Below are positions 39,369-48,877 of a stretch of 64,000 bases of DNA, piece after piece. The stretch is from a virus. Every line of letters begins with the position of its first letter. Within the stretch, counting starts at the first letter, position 1. Location: positions 35,780 through 99,779 of IMG/VR virus record IMGVR_UViG_3300020045_009368. One strand, given 5' to 3'. Below the pieces are notes generated by a model that saw only the letters and a list, made by a program, of their open reading frames with translations, had not been told where the DNA came from and ran no database searches. A program made the position numbers and the translations under genes.

Positions 39369-39457
39369 TTCAAAAATAATAAAAAAAGACTAAAAATATA
39401 AAAATACAATTTATAAACGCTAACAATTAAATAGCGGAAGGATGGTCGGATTTATAT

Positions 39458-40225
39458 ATGATTGAATTACCAAACCAAAAAAGTAAAGTTGATAGAGTAA
39501 ATCCTAAAAAACTTATACTTTTCAGTAAACCTAAAGTAGGTAAAACTGAAGCATTGAGTAAATTAGAAAATTGTTTACTAATAGATTTAGAAGGAGGTGC
39601 TAATTTTGTAAAAGCTATGAAAATAGATGTATTAAAATTATCTAAAGAAGCAAATAAAGCACCAATTGCAATTCTAAAAGAAGTAATTAATAAAATACTT
39701 GAAGCAAACAAAGCAAAAGGAGATTTTGTTTACAAATATGGTGCAATAGACACTGTAACAGCTTTAGAAGATATGGTATTAGTATTAGCCAATAAGTTAT
39801 ATCAACAAACTCCACAAGGTCGTAATTGGACTGGAGATGATGTAACACAGCTTCCTAATGGAGCAGGTTATCAATACACTAGAAAAGCGTTATGGATGGT
39901 TTTAGAAGAGTTAGAAGAATGTTTTGATACATTAATCATACTTGGACATCTTAAAGATAAATTAGTTGAAAAAGAAGGTAAAGAAATGACTGAAAGAGGT
40001 CTTGATTTAATTGGTAAATCAGCATCAATACTATGTTCTCAAGTTGATGCGATTGGATATGTATATCGAGATGAAAATAAAACAATTGTTAACTTTGCAC
40101 CATCAGATTCATTAATTTGTGGTTCTAGATCAGAACATCTTAAAAATAAAAAAATTACTTTAATTGAACAATTACCAGATGAAAGTTTAAAAGTTGATTG
40201 GTCAGAAATCTTTATAAACGAATAA
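39458..40225 (+). CDS. AAA ATPase (Sak4/AAA_24-like)
   Basis: SKPKVGKT, LLIDLEGG, IDTVTALED, ILGH, VDAIGY. Confidence 0.85.
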   Translation: MIELPNQKSKVDRVNPKKLILFSKPKVGKTEALSKLENCLLIDLEGGANFVKAMKIDVLKLSKEANKAPIAILKEVINKILEANKAKGDFVYKYGAIDTVTALEDMVLVLANKLYQQTPQGRNWTGDDVTQLPNGAGYQYTRKALWMVLEELEECFDTLIILGHLKDKLVEKEGKEMTERGLDLIGKSASILCSQVDAIGYVYRDENKTIVNFAPSDSLICGSRSEHLKNKKITLIEQLPDESLKVDWSEIFINE

Positions 40226-40488
40226 TGAGCTTTTATAAAGAAGAAGCTTTTAATCTTTTTATTTCTGAATTAGAAGAAATAATTCAAAAAGGAGAAGGTT
40301 CAATAAGTAATGATTGTTTGTGTATAGGAGATATAGAATCTCATCTTTTAGAAATTGCAGAATCTAATGATGATTTTGAATCTAATGGATGGGAATTTGA
40401 TTATTGGTGCACATATAAAATAAAAGATAAAACACTTAATATAAGTGGATCTGGTTATTATGGTGGTTTACATATCATTATAGATTAA
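40198..40488 (+). CDS. Acidic hypothetical protein (start probably 40225)
   Basis: TAATG coupling at 40223-40227. Confidence 0.6.
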   Translation: MVRNLYKRIMSFYKEEAFNLFISELEEIIQKGEGSISNDCLCIGDIESHLLEIAESNDDFESNGWEFDYWCTYKIKDKTLNISGSGYYGGLHIIID

Positions 40489-40552
40489 ATAGTTATACTT
40501 CTACAAAAAGTAAAATATAAAAGCCAAAATTAATTAAATTAAAAAGAAGAAT

Positions 40553-41125
40553 ATGAGTTTTAACTTGAATGAATATGATAATACTGCAGTGTCAGTATTT
40601 AACAATGGAGTAGCTGGAAGAGTAGAGAATGTTTCAATTGATATTGAAAAAAGACGTGCAGATGAACCTGATTCTTATCCACCATATAAATTGGTAGTAA
40701 CAGATGGTTCTGGTGCAACACCATTAAATCAAGGATTTTACTTTGATGAGTCAGACGATGAAAAACGTCAAACTATGACAATTCAAAGAATTAAATCAAT
40801 TGCAAAAGCAGTAGTTCCTGCAGATTTTGTTTATCCAACAGTAAATAGTTATACTGAAGCAGTTAATAGTTTATTTAAAATTATTAAAGATAATGCTCCA
40901 GGTAAAAAAGTAAACGTATTTACTACTTATGGTTATGTAGGACAACAAAAAGCTGCAAAATATTTAGGATTAAGAATGTTTAATTTTATTGAAAGTCCAG
41001 ATGAAGCTTACAGTAGATTAAAACCTTCTGCAACTGATATTATGGAACGTCCAATTGCAGATGAACCTAAAGCAGATAGCTCAGGTGAAATAACATCTGC
41101 ACCTGCTACAGCTGGTTTGTGGTAA
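40553..41125 (+). CDS. Putative single-stranded DNA-binding protein
   Basis: Follows the Sak4-like ATPase; beta-rich with a flexible tail ending in W. Confidence 0.55.
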   Translation: MSFNLNEYDNTAVSVFNNGVAGRVENVSIDIEKRRADEPDSYPPYKLVVTDGSGATPLNQGFYFDESDDEKRQTMTIQRIKSIAKAVVPADFVYPTVNSYTEAVNSLFKIIKDNAPGKKVNVFTTYGYVGQQKAAKYLGLRMFNFIESPDEAYSRLKPSATDIMERPIADEPKADSSGEITSAPATAGLW

Positions 41126-41134
41126 TATAATAAA

Positions 41135-41210
41135 TGTGTTGTTCTCTTGAGAAAGGAATTGAGTCAGTAAGAGTATATGGAATCTTAACAACACAAATGA
41201 GTTCTCAGCA
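41135..41210 (+). ncRNA. Pseudoknotted structured RNA
   Basis: tgtgttgtt/aacaacaca stem; loop tgagaa complementary to downstream ttctca; taaga/tctta hairpin. Confidence 0.55.
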
Positions 41211-41218
41211 TTAAAATT

Positions 41219-41248
41219 AAAGGCTACTGTAACAGGTAGCCTTTTTTA
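41219..41248 (+). terminator. Intrinsic terminator
   Basis: aaaggctac...gtagcctttttt. Confidence 0.85.
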
Positions 41249-41344
41249 TTAACTAAAAACAAAATTATGAAAAAAATAGAAATTGGTGATAATGTATTTT
41301 GGGCAATTGTCTGGATATGTATTACTTTAATAATTATATTTTAA

Positions 41345-42376
41345 ATGATTGATTTAAATTATGAAAAACCTTTAATATCTAAACAAGGTATATTAGAACA
41401 TTATCAAGATATTGATATTTATAGAAAATATCTTCCTTATGATGTTAATATTGGAGGTAGACCTAATTTATCTCCATTTAGAGAAGAAAATAGACCTTCC
41501 TTTGGATTTTTTATTGGTGAAGGTAGAGAAGTATGTTTTAATGACTTTAAGCTTGGAAAAGGTAATTTTGTTAAATTCGTACAATTAAAATTTGGTTTAA
41601 CTTGGTGGGAAGCATTAAGTAAAATTGGAGTTGATTTTGATTTAGGTGATTATTTCATATTTAAAAATATGGAAAAAACTAAAGATTTAAATCAAATTAC
41701 ATATAAAACTAAAAGAGAAGATTTAATTTCTAAATCTGTTAACTATATTATAGGTAAAAGAAGTAGAAAATGGCAAACACATGATATATTATATTGGCAA
41801 CAATTTGGTATAACTAAAGAAACATTAATTAAATTTAGAGTTGAACCAATTGATTATATGTTTATTAATAATATTCCTTATATGGCTGATAAATATGCTT
41901 ATGCTTTCATTGAAAAAAAAGATGGAAAAGAAACATATAAAATTTATCAACCTTATAATGATACATATAAATGGATTAATAATCATGATGATTCAGTATG
42001 GCAAGGTTGGGAACAACTACCTAATACAGGAATAGATTTAATTATAACTAAATCATTAAAAGATGTAATGTCTTTATATGAAGTAGTAGGATTACCTGCA
42101 ATTTCTTTACAATGTGAAAACATATTACCAAAAAGACATGTTTTTGATCAATTAAAAGATAGATTTCAAGATATAACATTATTATATGATAATGATTTTG
42201 ATTCTGAAACTAATTGGGGAAGAAAATTTGCAGATAAATTAGCAAAGGAATTTGGTTTAACAGATTGTTTTATTGCAGATGAATACAAATCAAAAGATTT
42301 TTCAGATTTAGTTAAAAATTATGGAAAAGAAAAAGCTAAAGAAATATTATTAAAACAAACATTAGTACCTTTTTAA
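41345..42376 (+). CDS. dnaG: DNA primase (TOPRIM, crAss-type)
   Basis: SPFREENRPSF, LIITKSLKDVM, LYDNDFD, KDFSD. Confidence 0.85.
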   Translation: MIDLNYEKPLISKQGILEHYQDIDIYRKYLPYDVNIGGRPNLSPFREENRPSFGFFIGEGREVCFNDFKLGKGNFVKFVQLKFGLTWWEALSKIGVDFDLGDYFIFKNMEKTKDLNQITYKTKREDLISKSVNYIIGKRSRKWQTHDILYWQQFGITKETLIKFRVEPIDYMFINNIPYMADKYAYAFIEKKDGKETYKIYQPYNDTYKWINNHDDSVWQGWEQLPNTGIDLIITKSLKDVMSLYEVVGLPAISLQCENILPKRHVFDQLKDRFQDITLLYDNDFDSETNWGRKFADKLAKEFGLTDCFIADEYKSKDFSDLVKNYGKEKAKEILLKQTLVPF

Positions 42377-42378
42377 AA

Positions 42379-43002
42379 ATGGGACGAAGCAAAAGAAATA
42401 AAAATAAAAGAGCTGATAATTATTCTGCAATGGCAGCTGCTAAAGTAGAACAAAGAGCTAAAAAAAAACAAGAAAGAAATGAAAAACGTAGAATTGCTAA
42501 AAAACAAATTATGGAAAAAAGATATTTAGTAGGTTTTTATGGAGATTATAGACAAGGTACTAAAGAACATGCTGAAATTAGTAAAGTAGGAATGCATACA
42601 GTATTTAAAGGTATTTATGCTACAGAACCCGAATATGCTTTATATCAAATTAAAGGTGCTTCAGAATCTGCTTTACTAAAAGGAAATAATTCTGTAGTGA
42701 TAGAAGTTTATGAAATTAGTGAAAGTACGTTAGAAAAATTAGATATTTATCATGGTTTTGATAAAGATTCAAGTAGATATGAAGAACAATATTATTTAAG
42801 AAGAGAAATTGAATCTCCATTTACAAAAATTTATATTTATTTTTGGAATGAAGAAATTCAAGATAAAGATATTTTAATTAAAGATGGAGATTGGGTTGAT
42901 TATATTAAAAATATTAAAAAAAATAAAAGTGTAAATGAATCTTTAACAAATGCTTATGGTACAGCTTGTATTGAAATAGCAGATAAAGAATTTATGGATT
43001 AA
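42379..43002 (+). CDS. Gamma-glutamylcyclotransferase-like protein with basic N-terminal extension
   Basis: VGFYGDYRQG, IEVYEI...LEKLDIYHG, YLRREI, GDW; His where the catalytic Glu is expected. Confidence 0.7.
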   Translation: MGRSKRNKNKRADNYSAMAAAKVEQRAKKKQERNEKRRIAKKQIMEKRYLVGFYGDYRQGTKEHAEISKVGMHTVFKGIYATEPEYALYQIKGASESALLKGNNSVVIEVYEISESTLEKLDIYHGFDKDSSRYEEQYYLRREIESPFTKIYIYFWNEEIQDKDILIKDGDWVDYIKNIKKNKSVNESLTNAYGTACIEIADKEFMD

Positions 43003-43004
43003 TT

Positions 43005-43412
43005 ATGGATAAAAAAATATTAGTAGCTGTATACGGCTCATTACGCCAAGGATTACATAATCATAGATTATTAGAAAGTTCTAATTATTTAGGTGATTTT
43101 AATACAGAACCAATTTATTCTTTATATAGTTTAGGTTCATTTCCTGGATTAAAAGAAAATGGTAATACTTCTGTTGTAATGGAAGTTTATGAAGTAACAG
43201 AAGCTGTTGCAAGAAATGTAGATAGTCTTGAAGGTTATACACCAGGTGGAAATAATACATTTTATGATAAAATATCAATTGAAACACCTTGGGGTACTGC
43301 ATCTGTTTATACATATGTAAATGAATTACCTCAATCATCTCTTGTAGAAAGTGGTGATTGGAAAGAATTTAAAGAAAACGCATTAAGTTTTTATTCAATT
43401 AGAAACAATTAA
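43005..43412 (+). CDS. Gamma-glutamylcyclotransferase (AIG2/YtfP-like)
   Basis: VAVYGSLRQG..NH, FPGL, EVYEV, VDSLEGY, SGDW. Confidence 0.9.
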   Translation: MDKKILVAVYGSLRQGLHNHRLLESSNYLGDFNTEPIYSLYSLGSFPGLKENGNTSVVMEVYEVTEAVARNVDSLEGYTPGGNNTFYDKISIETPWGTASVYTYVNELPQSSLVESGDWKEFKENALSFYSIRNN

Positions 43413-43443
43413 AAAATTATAAAAAATAACAAAAATTATAAAA

Positions 43444-45054
43444 ATGAAAAATAAAAAAATAGGTATTGTTGGGCATTTTACAGGTCCTAATAGTTTTGGA
43501 ATCACTAAACCATATATGGAATTTTTTCAACATTTTGGTGAAATTATTATGTTATCTCCTTGGGATGAATCTCCAAGAGAATTAGATTTATTAGTGTTAC
43601 CTGGTGGTCCAGATGTCAATCCTTTTAGATATTTAACTGTTGAAGACAAATTAGATATAAATGTTGGTGTTCCTTGTATTGTTCGTGAAAAATTCGATAG
43701 AGAATTATTACCTCAATATATTGAAAAACAAACTCCAATTTTCGGGATAAATTAAGCATGTCCCACTATATAGTGATATATAGTTAAAAACGCGGTGAAC
43801 TCATGGAACGCTGAAATGCCAATCATGAGCTAAGCTTAGAGAGAAATCTCTTTGAAAGTGCAACGACTAGGAATCGAGATTAAGTTCTTCATTGTTGAAG
43901 AATATGTCAGTAATATTCCCAAGAGCGCCGTGGTTCTTATAAAAATTAATTAACTTAATAATGTTAATAGAAAAAGTTTCTAATTGTTCAAAATTAGCTT
44001 CATTTTTCATTGCATTTGCAAGTCTTGACAAAACAATAATATTACCTTTAATATACCCTTTAGAGTTATCTATTCTATCAATAGTAGCTCTTGAAATATC
44101 ATTAAAATTTAATTTATCATAATCATTACCTAAGTTTAAAATCTTATGGTTTTTATTATTATTATAATTTAATTTAATGTTTAATAAAGGACAATATTCA
44201 GGTAATTTAATATCTTCATAATGTAAATCAAAATCTAAATTTCTTCTTTTTGAAGAATATTTTACATTACGAATCATATAACCTTTAATTCTATCTTCTT
44301 TAGATAAATAATTATTATGAGTAAATGCTGGTTTTAAACCAAAACATTCTCTTATATAACCTATTCTTCTACGTGGGATATTAATTAATTCAGATATTTC
44401 TTTATCTGTATAATTTTGATTAATTAAAATTTCGATTTTATCAGCAGTTTGTTGATATTTTTCTTTATTCATTGTGATTTGTATTTAAAGTTACAAATCA
44501 CAATATACAACAATTTAATCAAAAAGTCAAGTAAATTAACAATTATTTTATATCTTTTTTAGATATAAAAATTATAAGAATATGATATAGTCTGAGCTTA
44601 CACAAATAGAAAGTGTAAGAAGTATAGGATAAAGAGCCTATACGATAACAGTCCTTGATGCAGAGGACATCAAACTTTAGCTGTACATTTTGGTGCTAAA
44701 TTAGTTCAAGATATGTATCATGAAACTAATCCAGATCATGACAGAAGAAAAAGAGTTCATACAATTAGAACTACAGAAGCTGTAAACTTAATTCCAGGTC
44801 TTGAAATGATTGATTTTGAATCAAACAGCTTACATCATCAAACTGTAGCTTTTGCTCCTGCAAATGCCGCTGTAATAGGTTATTATAAACCTACAGATCT
44901 TAAAGTTAAAGATTATGATGAAGAAATTGAAGCTTTAACATATTTTCCTAACTATCCAGCACATACAGTGCAATGGCATCCTGAAGAAATTTATGATAAC
45001 TTGTCAATTGCATGTATTAGACACCTTTTAAGTTTAAGTGATGAAGAAGTATAA
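43444..45054 (+). CDS. PuuD-like gamma-glutamyl hydrolase (class I GATase), spliced: join(43444..43748,44658..45054), 233 aa
   Basis: Exon 1 LVLPGGPDV...PIFG; splice restores FGICRGHQ; exon 2 NSLHHQ, VQWHPE. Confidence 0.9.
43867..44472 (-). CDS. Intron-encoded HNH-family homing endonuclease (antisense)
   Basis: N-terminal HTH; PEYCPLL, ATIDRIDNSKGYIKGNIIVLSRLANAMK. Confidence 0.82.
   Translation of the reverse strand: MNKEKYQQTADKIEILINQNYTDKEISELINIPRRRIGYIRECFGLKPAFTHNNYLSKEDRIKGYMIRNVKYSSKRRNLDFDLHYEDIKLPEYCPLLNIKLNYNNNKNHKILNLGNDYDKLNFNDISRATIDRIDNSKGYIKGNIIVLSRLANAMKNEANFEQLETFSINIIKLINFYKNHGALGNITDIFFNNEELNLDS
44471..44532 (-). promoter_or_regulatory. Internal promoter plus 13-bp hairpin overlapping the HNH start codon
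   Basis: caatatac 44501-44508; attgtgatttgta/tacaaatcacaat 44471-44504. Confidence 0.6.
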
Positions 45055-45844
45055 ATTAATTAAAGAATATCCTGGTAGTCCTAGTTTAAATACTAATGTT
45101 ACAATAGATGAAACAGGTTATAATTGTTTAAATTGTTCAAATGATTTAAAACCAGAAAAATATCCAGAATTTTGGCAACTTGTTGTTGAAAAAGATTATG
45201 AAATATTATCTTTAATTGTTAATAAAGATTATAATACTTTATATAAAGGAGATATTGTAACTAAGAAAAAGAATGATTGGATTGGTATTTCTAAAGATAA
45301 TAAAACAATTTGTTTTTCTCAAAATAATAATACTTTGGAAGAATATGATCATTGGTCTATAAATAGTATTAAAAGATTATCTGATGGTGAAATATTTACT
45401 ATTGGTGATAAAATTGGAACTCCAGGTAGAATTTTTCCTATTGTTGAATTTAAAATATATAATAATGAAAATACTATATTGATTAGTTCTTATTTTAATA
45501 AACATGGAAGTGGTCGTTATAATCAAAGATTAAAAGATTTAAAAAAAATTAAACAACCATTATTCACAACTGAAGATGGTGTTGAAATTTATGAAGGTAA
45601 TATTTATTATAAAGTAGTTAATGATACTTTTCAATTACTTATAATGGAAAATGCATCTAAAGGAGAAAGTTTAAAAAGTAAAGTATTTTCAACAAAAGAA
45701 AAAGCTGAAGAATATATTATTATGAATAAACCTTGTTTAAGTATTAATGAAATTTTAAATTTATATAAAGGACAAATAATCGATTTCACTCTTAAACCGA
45801 TTAGAATAAAAAATCTAGTTAAAACAAAATTAAAAAATGATTAA
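45038..45844 (+). CDS. Mosaic hypothetical protein
   Basis: YEILS...SIKRLSDGEIFTIGD module resembles one in 27271-29136. Confidence 0.7.
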   Translation: MMKKYKLIKEYPGSPSLNTNVTIDETGYNCLNCSNDLKPEKYPEFWQLVVEKDYEILSLIVNKDYNTLYKGDIVTKKKNDWIGISKDNKTICFSQNNNTLEEYDHWSINSIKRLSDGEIFTIGDKIGTPGRIFPIVEFKIYNNENTILISSYFNKHGSGRYNQRLKDLKKIKQPLFTTEDGVEIYEGNIYYKVVNDTFQLLIMENASKGESLKSKVFSTKEKAEEYIIMNKPCLSINEILNLYKGQIIDFTLKPIRIKNLVKTKLKND

Positions 45845-46697
45845 AAAGAAAAAATATAGTTTATTTAGACCTATGATTCTTAGTCGCCATCCTTCTCACT
45901 CAGTGTTAAGGTTGGCAGATAAGAACATTCAAGCACTTCCTTATAGAAGTGTTGTTAGATTAGGGTCTACTACAGAATGTAATGATACTATTGCTAGAGG
46001 TGGTGATAGAATTGAAATTAATTCTATTCAATCAATTAAAAACTCAGCGAATAAACTTTTAATGAAACAAAAGTTTTTAGAAGCTAATGTTAAAACAGCT
46101 AATTGGACTTCTTATGTAAGTGATGTTGCAATGAAACAATTTACAGAAGAAAATGGATTTCCAATTGTAGCTAAAGCTCATTTTGGTTCTAAAGGTAAAG
46201 GTAACACTTTAATTAAATCTCAAGAAGAATTAAATACTTGGATGCAAGGTAAAACACTTAGTAATTATATATTTGAAAAATTTATGAACTATGGTCATGA
46301 ATTTAGATTACATATAACAGAAGATGGTTGTTTTTATGTCTGTAGAAAAGCATTACGTAAAGATACTCCACCTGAAGAAAAATGGCATTTTCACGATACA
46401 ACTTGTGTTTGGTTATTAGAAGAAAATGAAAGTTTCTTTAAACCAAATAGTTTTAATGATATTGTCTCTGATTGTATTAAAGCTTTAAAATCTGTTGGTG
46501 CTGATTTGTTAAGTTTTGATGTTAAAGTACAATCACCAACTGATAAAGATGGTAATAAAAGACCTTATCAAGATTATATATTACTTGAATGTAATAGCGC
46601 TAGTTCTATGGACAATGGTACTGGTGAATTGTCAGTATGCGCTAAAAAATATATTAATGAAATTCCAAAAATTATAATAAGAAAAGCAAATGTATAA
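45837..46697 (+). CDS. ATP-grasp ligase (RimK/YheCD-like)
   Basis: NSANKLLMK, FPIVAK..FGSKGKG, EFRLH, FDVK, LECNSA. Confidence 0.85.
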   Translation: MIKKKKYSLFRPMILSRHPSHSVLRLADKNIQALPYRSVVRLGSTTECNDTIARGGDRIEINSIQSIKNSANKLLMKQKFLEANVKTANWTSYVSDVAMKQFTEENGFPIVAKAHFGSKGKGNTLIKSQEELNTWMQGKTLSNYIFEKFMNYGHEFRLHITEDGCFYVCRKALRKDTPPEEKWHFHDTTCVWLLEENESFFKPNSFNDIVSDCIKALKSVGADLLSFDVKVQSPTDKDGNKRPYQDYILLECNSASSMDNGTGELSVCAKKYINEIPKIIIRKANV

Positions 46698-47058
46698 AAC
46701 TGAAGAATTTACATTAATAAATAGTATTTTTCCTAGAGTTTGGCAAACTAAATATCAAAATCTTAATGTTATAGAATCTCCTGTAATGAATTGTCAACAT
46801 TGTTCAATTGGTGGATTTGAAAATATTTTAAGAAGAAAAAGTATTATAGATATTGGAAGACAATTAAAAGAAATTCAAAAACTAGCTAATTTTGATCGTA
46901 GAAATTTTATAGTAGATATAAATAATGACTTTTTAGAAAAATTAAATAAAGTATTTAAAAATAGAATTCTTTTACAATCAGAATACATAAGTAGCAATGG
47001 TAATGATCGTGTATTGTGTATAATTAGTTTTAATAAAATAAAAAAGAAAAATGAATAA
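46690..47058 (+). CDS. Family B (GNAT-like?) small protein
   Basis: NCQHCSIGG ... FIVDI ... YISSNGNDRVLCII. Confidence 0.55.
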   Translation: MYKTEEFTLINSIFPRVWQTKYQNLNVIESPVMNCQHCSIGGFENILRRKSIIDIGRQLKEIQKLANFDRRNFIVDINNDFLEKLNKVFKNRILLQSEYISSNGNDRVLCIISFNKIKKKNE

Positions 47059-48046
47059 AAATCAAGACTATTGGATAAGTGCAGTTCAAGATGCATTTAA
47101 AAATAATAAAAATAGTAAAGAACAAATTAGAATATATATTGAAACATGTGATCCTGTTAAATATAGAGATACACCTGGTAAAGATATAGATGAAAAAGCA
47201 GATTTTATATTTAATTATAAAAAAGAACCAGAAAAACCTAAAGAAAAAATTAAAATTATTTTATTAGTTGCTAATGATACAGAACCAAATGAAGATATTA
47301 AATATCTAAGTACAGATTTTGATATTACATTAATGAAACATTCTGAAATTGGAACTAAAACTCCTGATTTAATTTTATTTACAGGTGGTGAAGATGTTAA
47401 TCCTGATATATATGGTGAAAAAGAAGGTAAATATACATCTGTAAATAAAAAAAGAGATGAAATAGAAAGTAATATTTATTGGAATTTTCCAAAAGTACCT
47501 AAACTTGGTATTTGTAGAGGAGCTCAGTTTTTAACAGTAATGTCAGGTGGTAAACTTGTACAACATCTTGAAAATCATGGTAGAGATCACACTATTCAAG
47601 TTGAAAATAGAGGTAAATATCATATGACTTCTACACATCATCAAATGATGTATCCTTTTAATATGAATAAAAATGAATATGAATTAATTGGTTATTCTGA
47701 ATTCTTTAGAAGTAAAACTTATCTTAATGGTAATAATGAAGAAATTGAAACAACTAAAGATTTTTTAGAAGCTGAAATAGTTTATTATCCTAATACAAAA
47801 TCATTATGTATTCAAGGGCATCCTGAATATAATCATTGTGAACAAAGAACTAAAGATATGTGTTTAAATCTAATTCATAATTATTTATTTTCTAAAAAAG
47901 AAATTAAAAATACTAAATCATCATATTCTTGGGATGATGAAAATGGAGATTTTGAAGAATATGATGAAGCACCTATTCAAATATTTAAAGAAAAAGATTC
48001 AATACCTAGTTATTATGGAAAATTTACACAAACTATTAAAAGATAA
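47051..48046 (+). CDS. Second class I glutamine amidotransferase / PuuD-like hydrolase
   Basis: LFTGGEDV, LGICRGAQ, STHHQ, IQGHPE. Confidence 0.9.
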   Translation: MNKNQDYWISAVQDAFKNNKNSKEQIRIYIETCDPVKYRDTPGKDIDEKADFIFNYKKEPEKPKEKIKIILLVANDTEPNEDIKYLSTDFDITLMKHSEIGTKTPDLILFTGGEDVNPDIYGEKEGKYTSVNKKRDEIESNIYWNFPKVPKLGICRGAQFLTVMSGGKLVQHLENHGRDHTIQVENRGKYHMTSTHHQMMYPFNMNKNEYELIGYSEFFRSKTYLNGNNEEIETTKDFLEAEIVYYPNTKSLCIQGHPEYNHCEQRTKDMCLNLIHNYLFSKKEIKNTKSSYSWDDENGDFEEYDEAPIQIFKEKDSIPSYYGKFTQTIKR

Positions 48047-48059
48047 AAAAAATAAAAAT

Positions 48060-48857
48060 ATGAAAATAACAAATGTAACATTAGGTTCTGATCCAGAATT
48101 ATTTTTAGAAAAAAATGGAGAAATTATTTCTTCAGTTGGTTTAATTGGAGGTACTAAACATGAACCAAGAGCAATTACTGATAATGGACATGCTGTTCAA
48201 GAAGATAATGTCGCTATTGAATATAATATTCCACCATGTAAAACTGTTGGTGAATGGATTAAAGAACATAATTTTGTAAAAGATTATTTAGATACATTTA
48301 CTGCAGGATTAGGTTGTAATTTAAATTTTTCAGCATCTGCTGAATTGTCTGATGAACAATTAAATTCTGAACAAGCACAACAATTTGGATGTGAACCTGA
48401 TTTTAATGTTTGGGAGCAATGTGTAAATACTCCACCTGAAATTGGTGGTAATTTACGAGTTTGTGGTGGACATATTGCAATTGGTTGGAATAATCCAACA
48501 GAAGAAGTTCAAGAACAAATGATTAAAGCTATGGATATGACTGTAGGTTTAAAATCATTATTTTTAGATAATGATACAAGACGTAAAGAAATGTATGGTA
48601 AAGCAGGTTGCTTTAGATTTACTAACTTTGGTGTTGAATATCGTGTTTTAAGCAACTTTTGGATTGCTACAGATGAATTACTTGCTTGGGCATTTAATAC
48701 TACCTTAGAAGCAATTGAATTAGTTAATTCAGGTAGAATAGAAGAACTTTCTGCAAAATATAAAGATAGAATTGTAGACGCAATTAATACTAATAATAAA
48801 GAATTAGCAAATGAATTATTAGAAATTATTAATGAAAAAGAATTACAACTAGTATAA
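48060..48857 (+). CDS. phiEco32-like COOH-NH2 ligase type 2
   Basis: TLGSDPELFL, QEDNVAIEYN, FGCEPDFN, GGHIAIG, YGKAGCFR, GVEYRVLSNFW; ATG at 48060 preferred over 47934. Confidence 0.88.
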   Translation: MKITNVTLGSDPELFLEKNGEIISSVGLIGGTKHEPRAITDNGHAVQEDNVAIEYNIPPCKTVGEWIKEHNFVKDYLDTFTAGLGCNLNFSASAELSDEQLNSEQAQQFGCEPDFNVWEQCVNTPPEIGGNLRVCGGHIAIGWNNPTEEVQEQMIKAMDMTVGLKSLFLDNDTRRKEMYGKAGCFRFTNFGVEYRVLSNFWIATDELLAWAFNTTLEAIELVNSGRIEELSAKYKDRIVDAINTNNKELANELLEIINEKELQLV

Positions 48858-48877
48858 AAATAAAAAAAAACAATTAA

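Larger units (their letters stand above)
43749..44657 (+). mobile_element. Group I intron (909 nt)
   Basis: P1 gggaU/Guccc with U-G splice pair; P10 gcat/atgc; P3 cgcggtg/cgccgtg; P7 gacta/tagtc; P8 ttcttataa/ttataagaa; terminal G at 44657. Confidence 0.92.

Noticed and set aside
41135-41210. Assignment to hammerhead, twister, pistol or a known riboswitch
   Set aside because: Core consensus nucleotides could not be matched by eye; left unassigned.
41345-41560. Primase lacking zinc-binding cysteines
   Set aside because: To my knowledge common in crAss-type primases, so not specific to this genome.
43444-45054. Two separate genes or a pseudogene at 43444-43755 and 44713-45054
   Set aside because: Explained by a group I intron that restores one reading frame.
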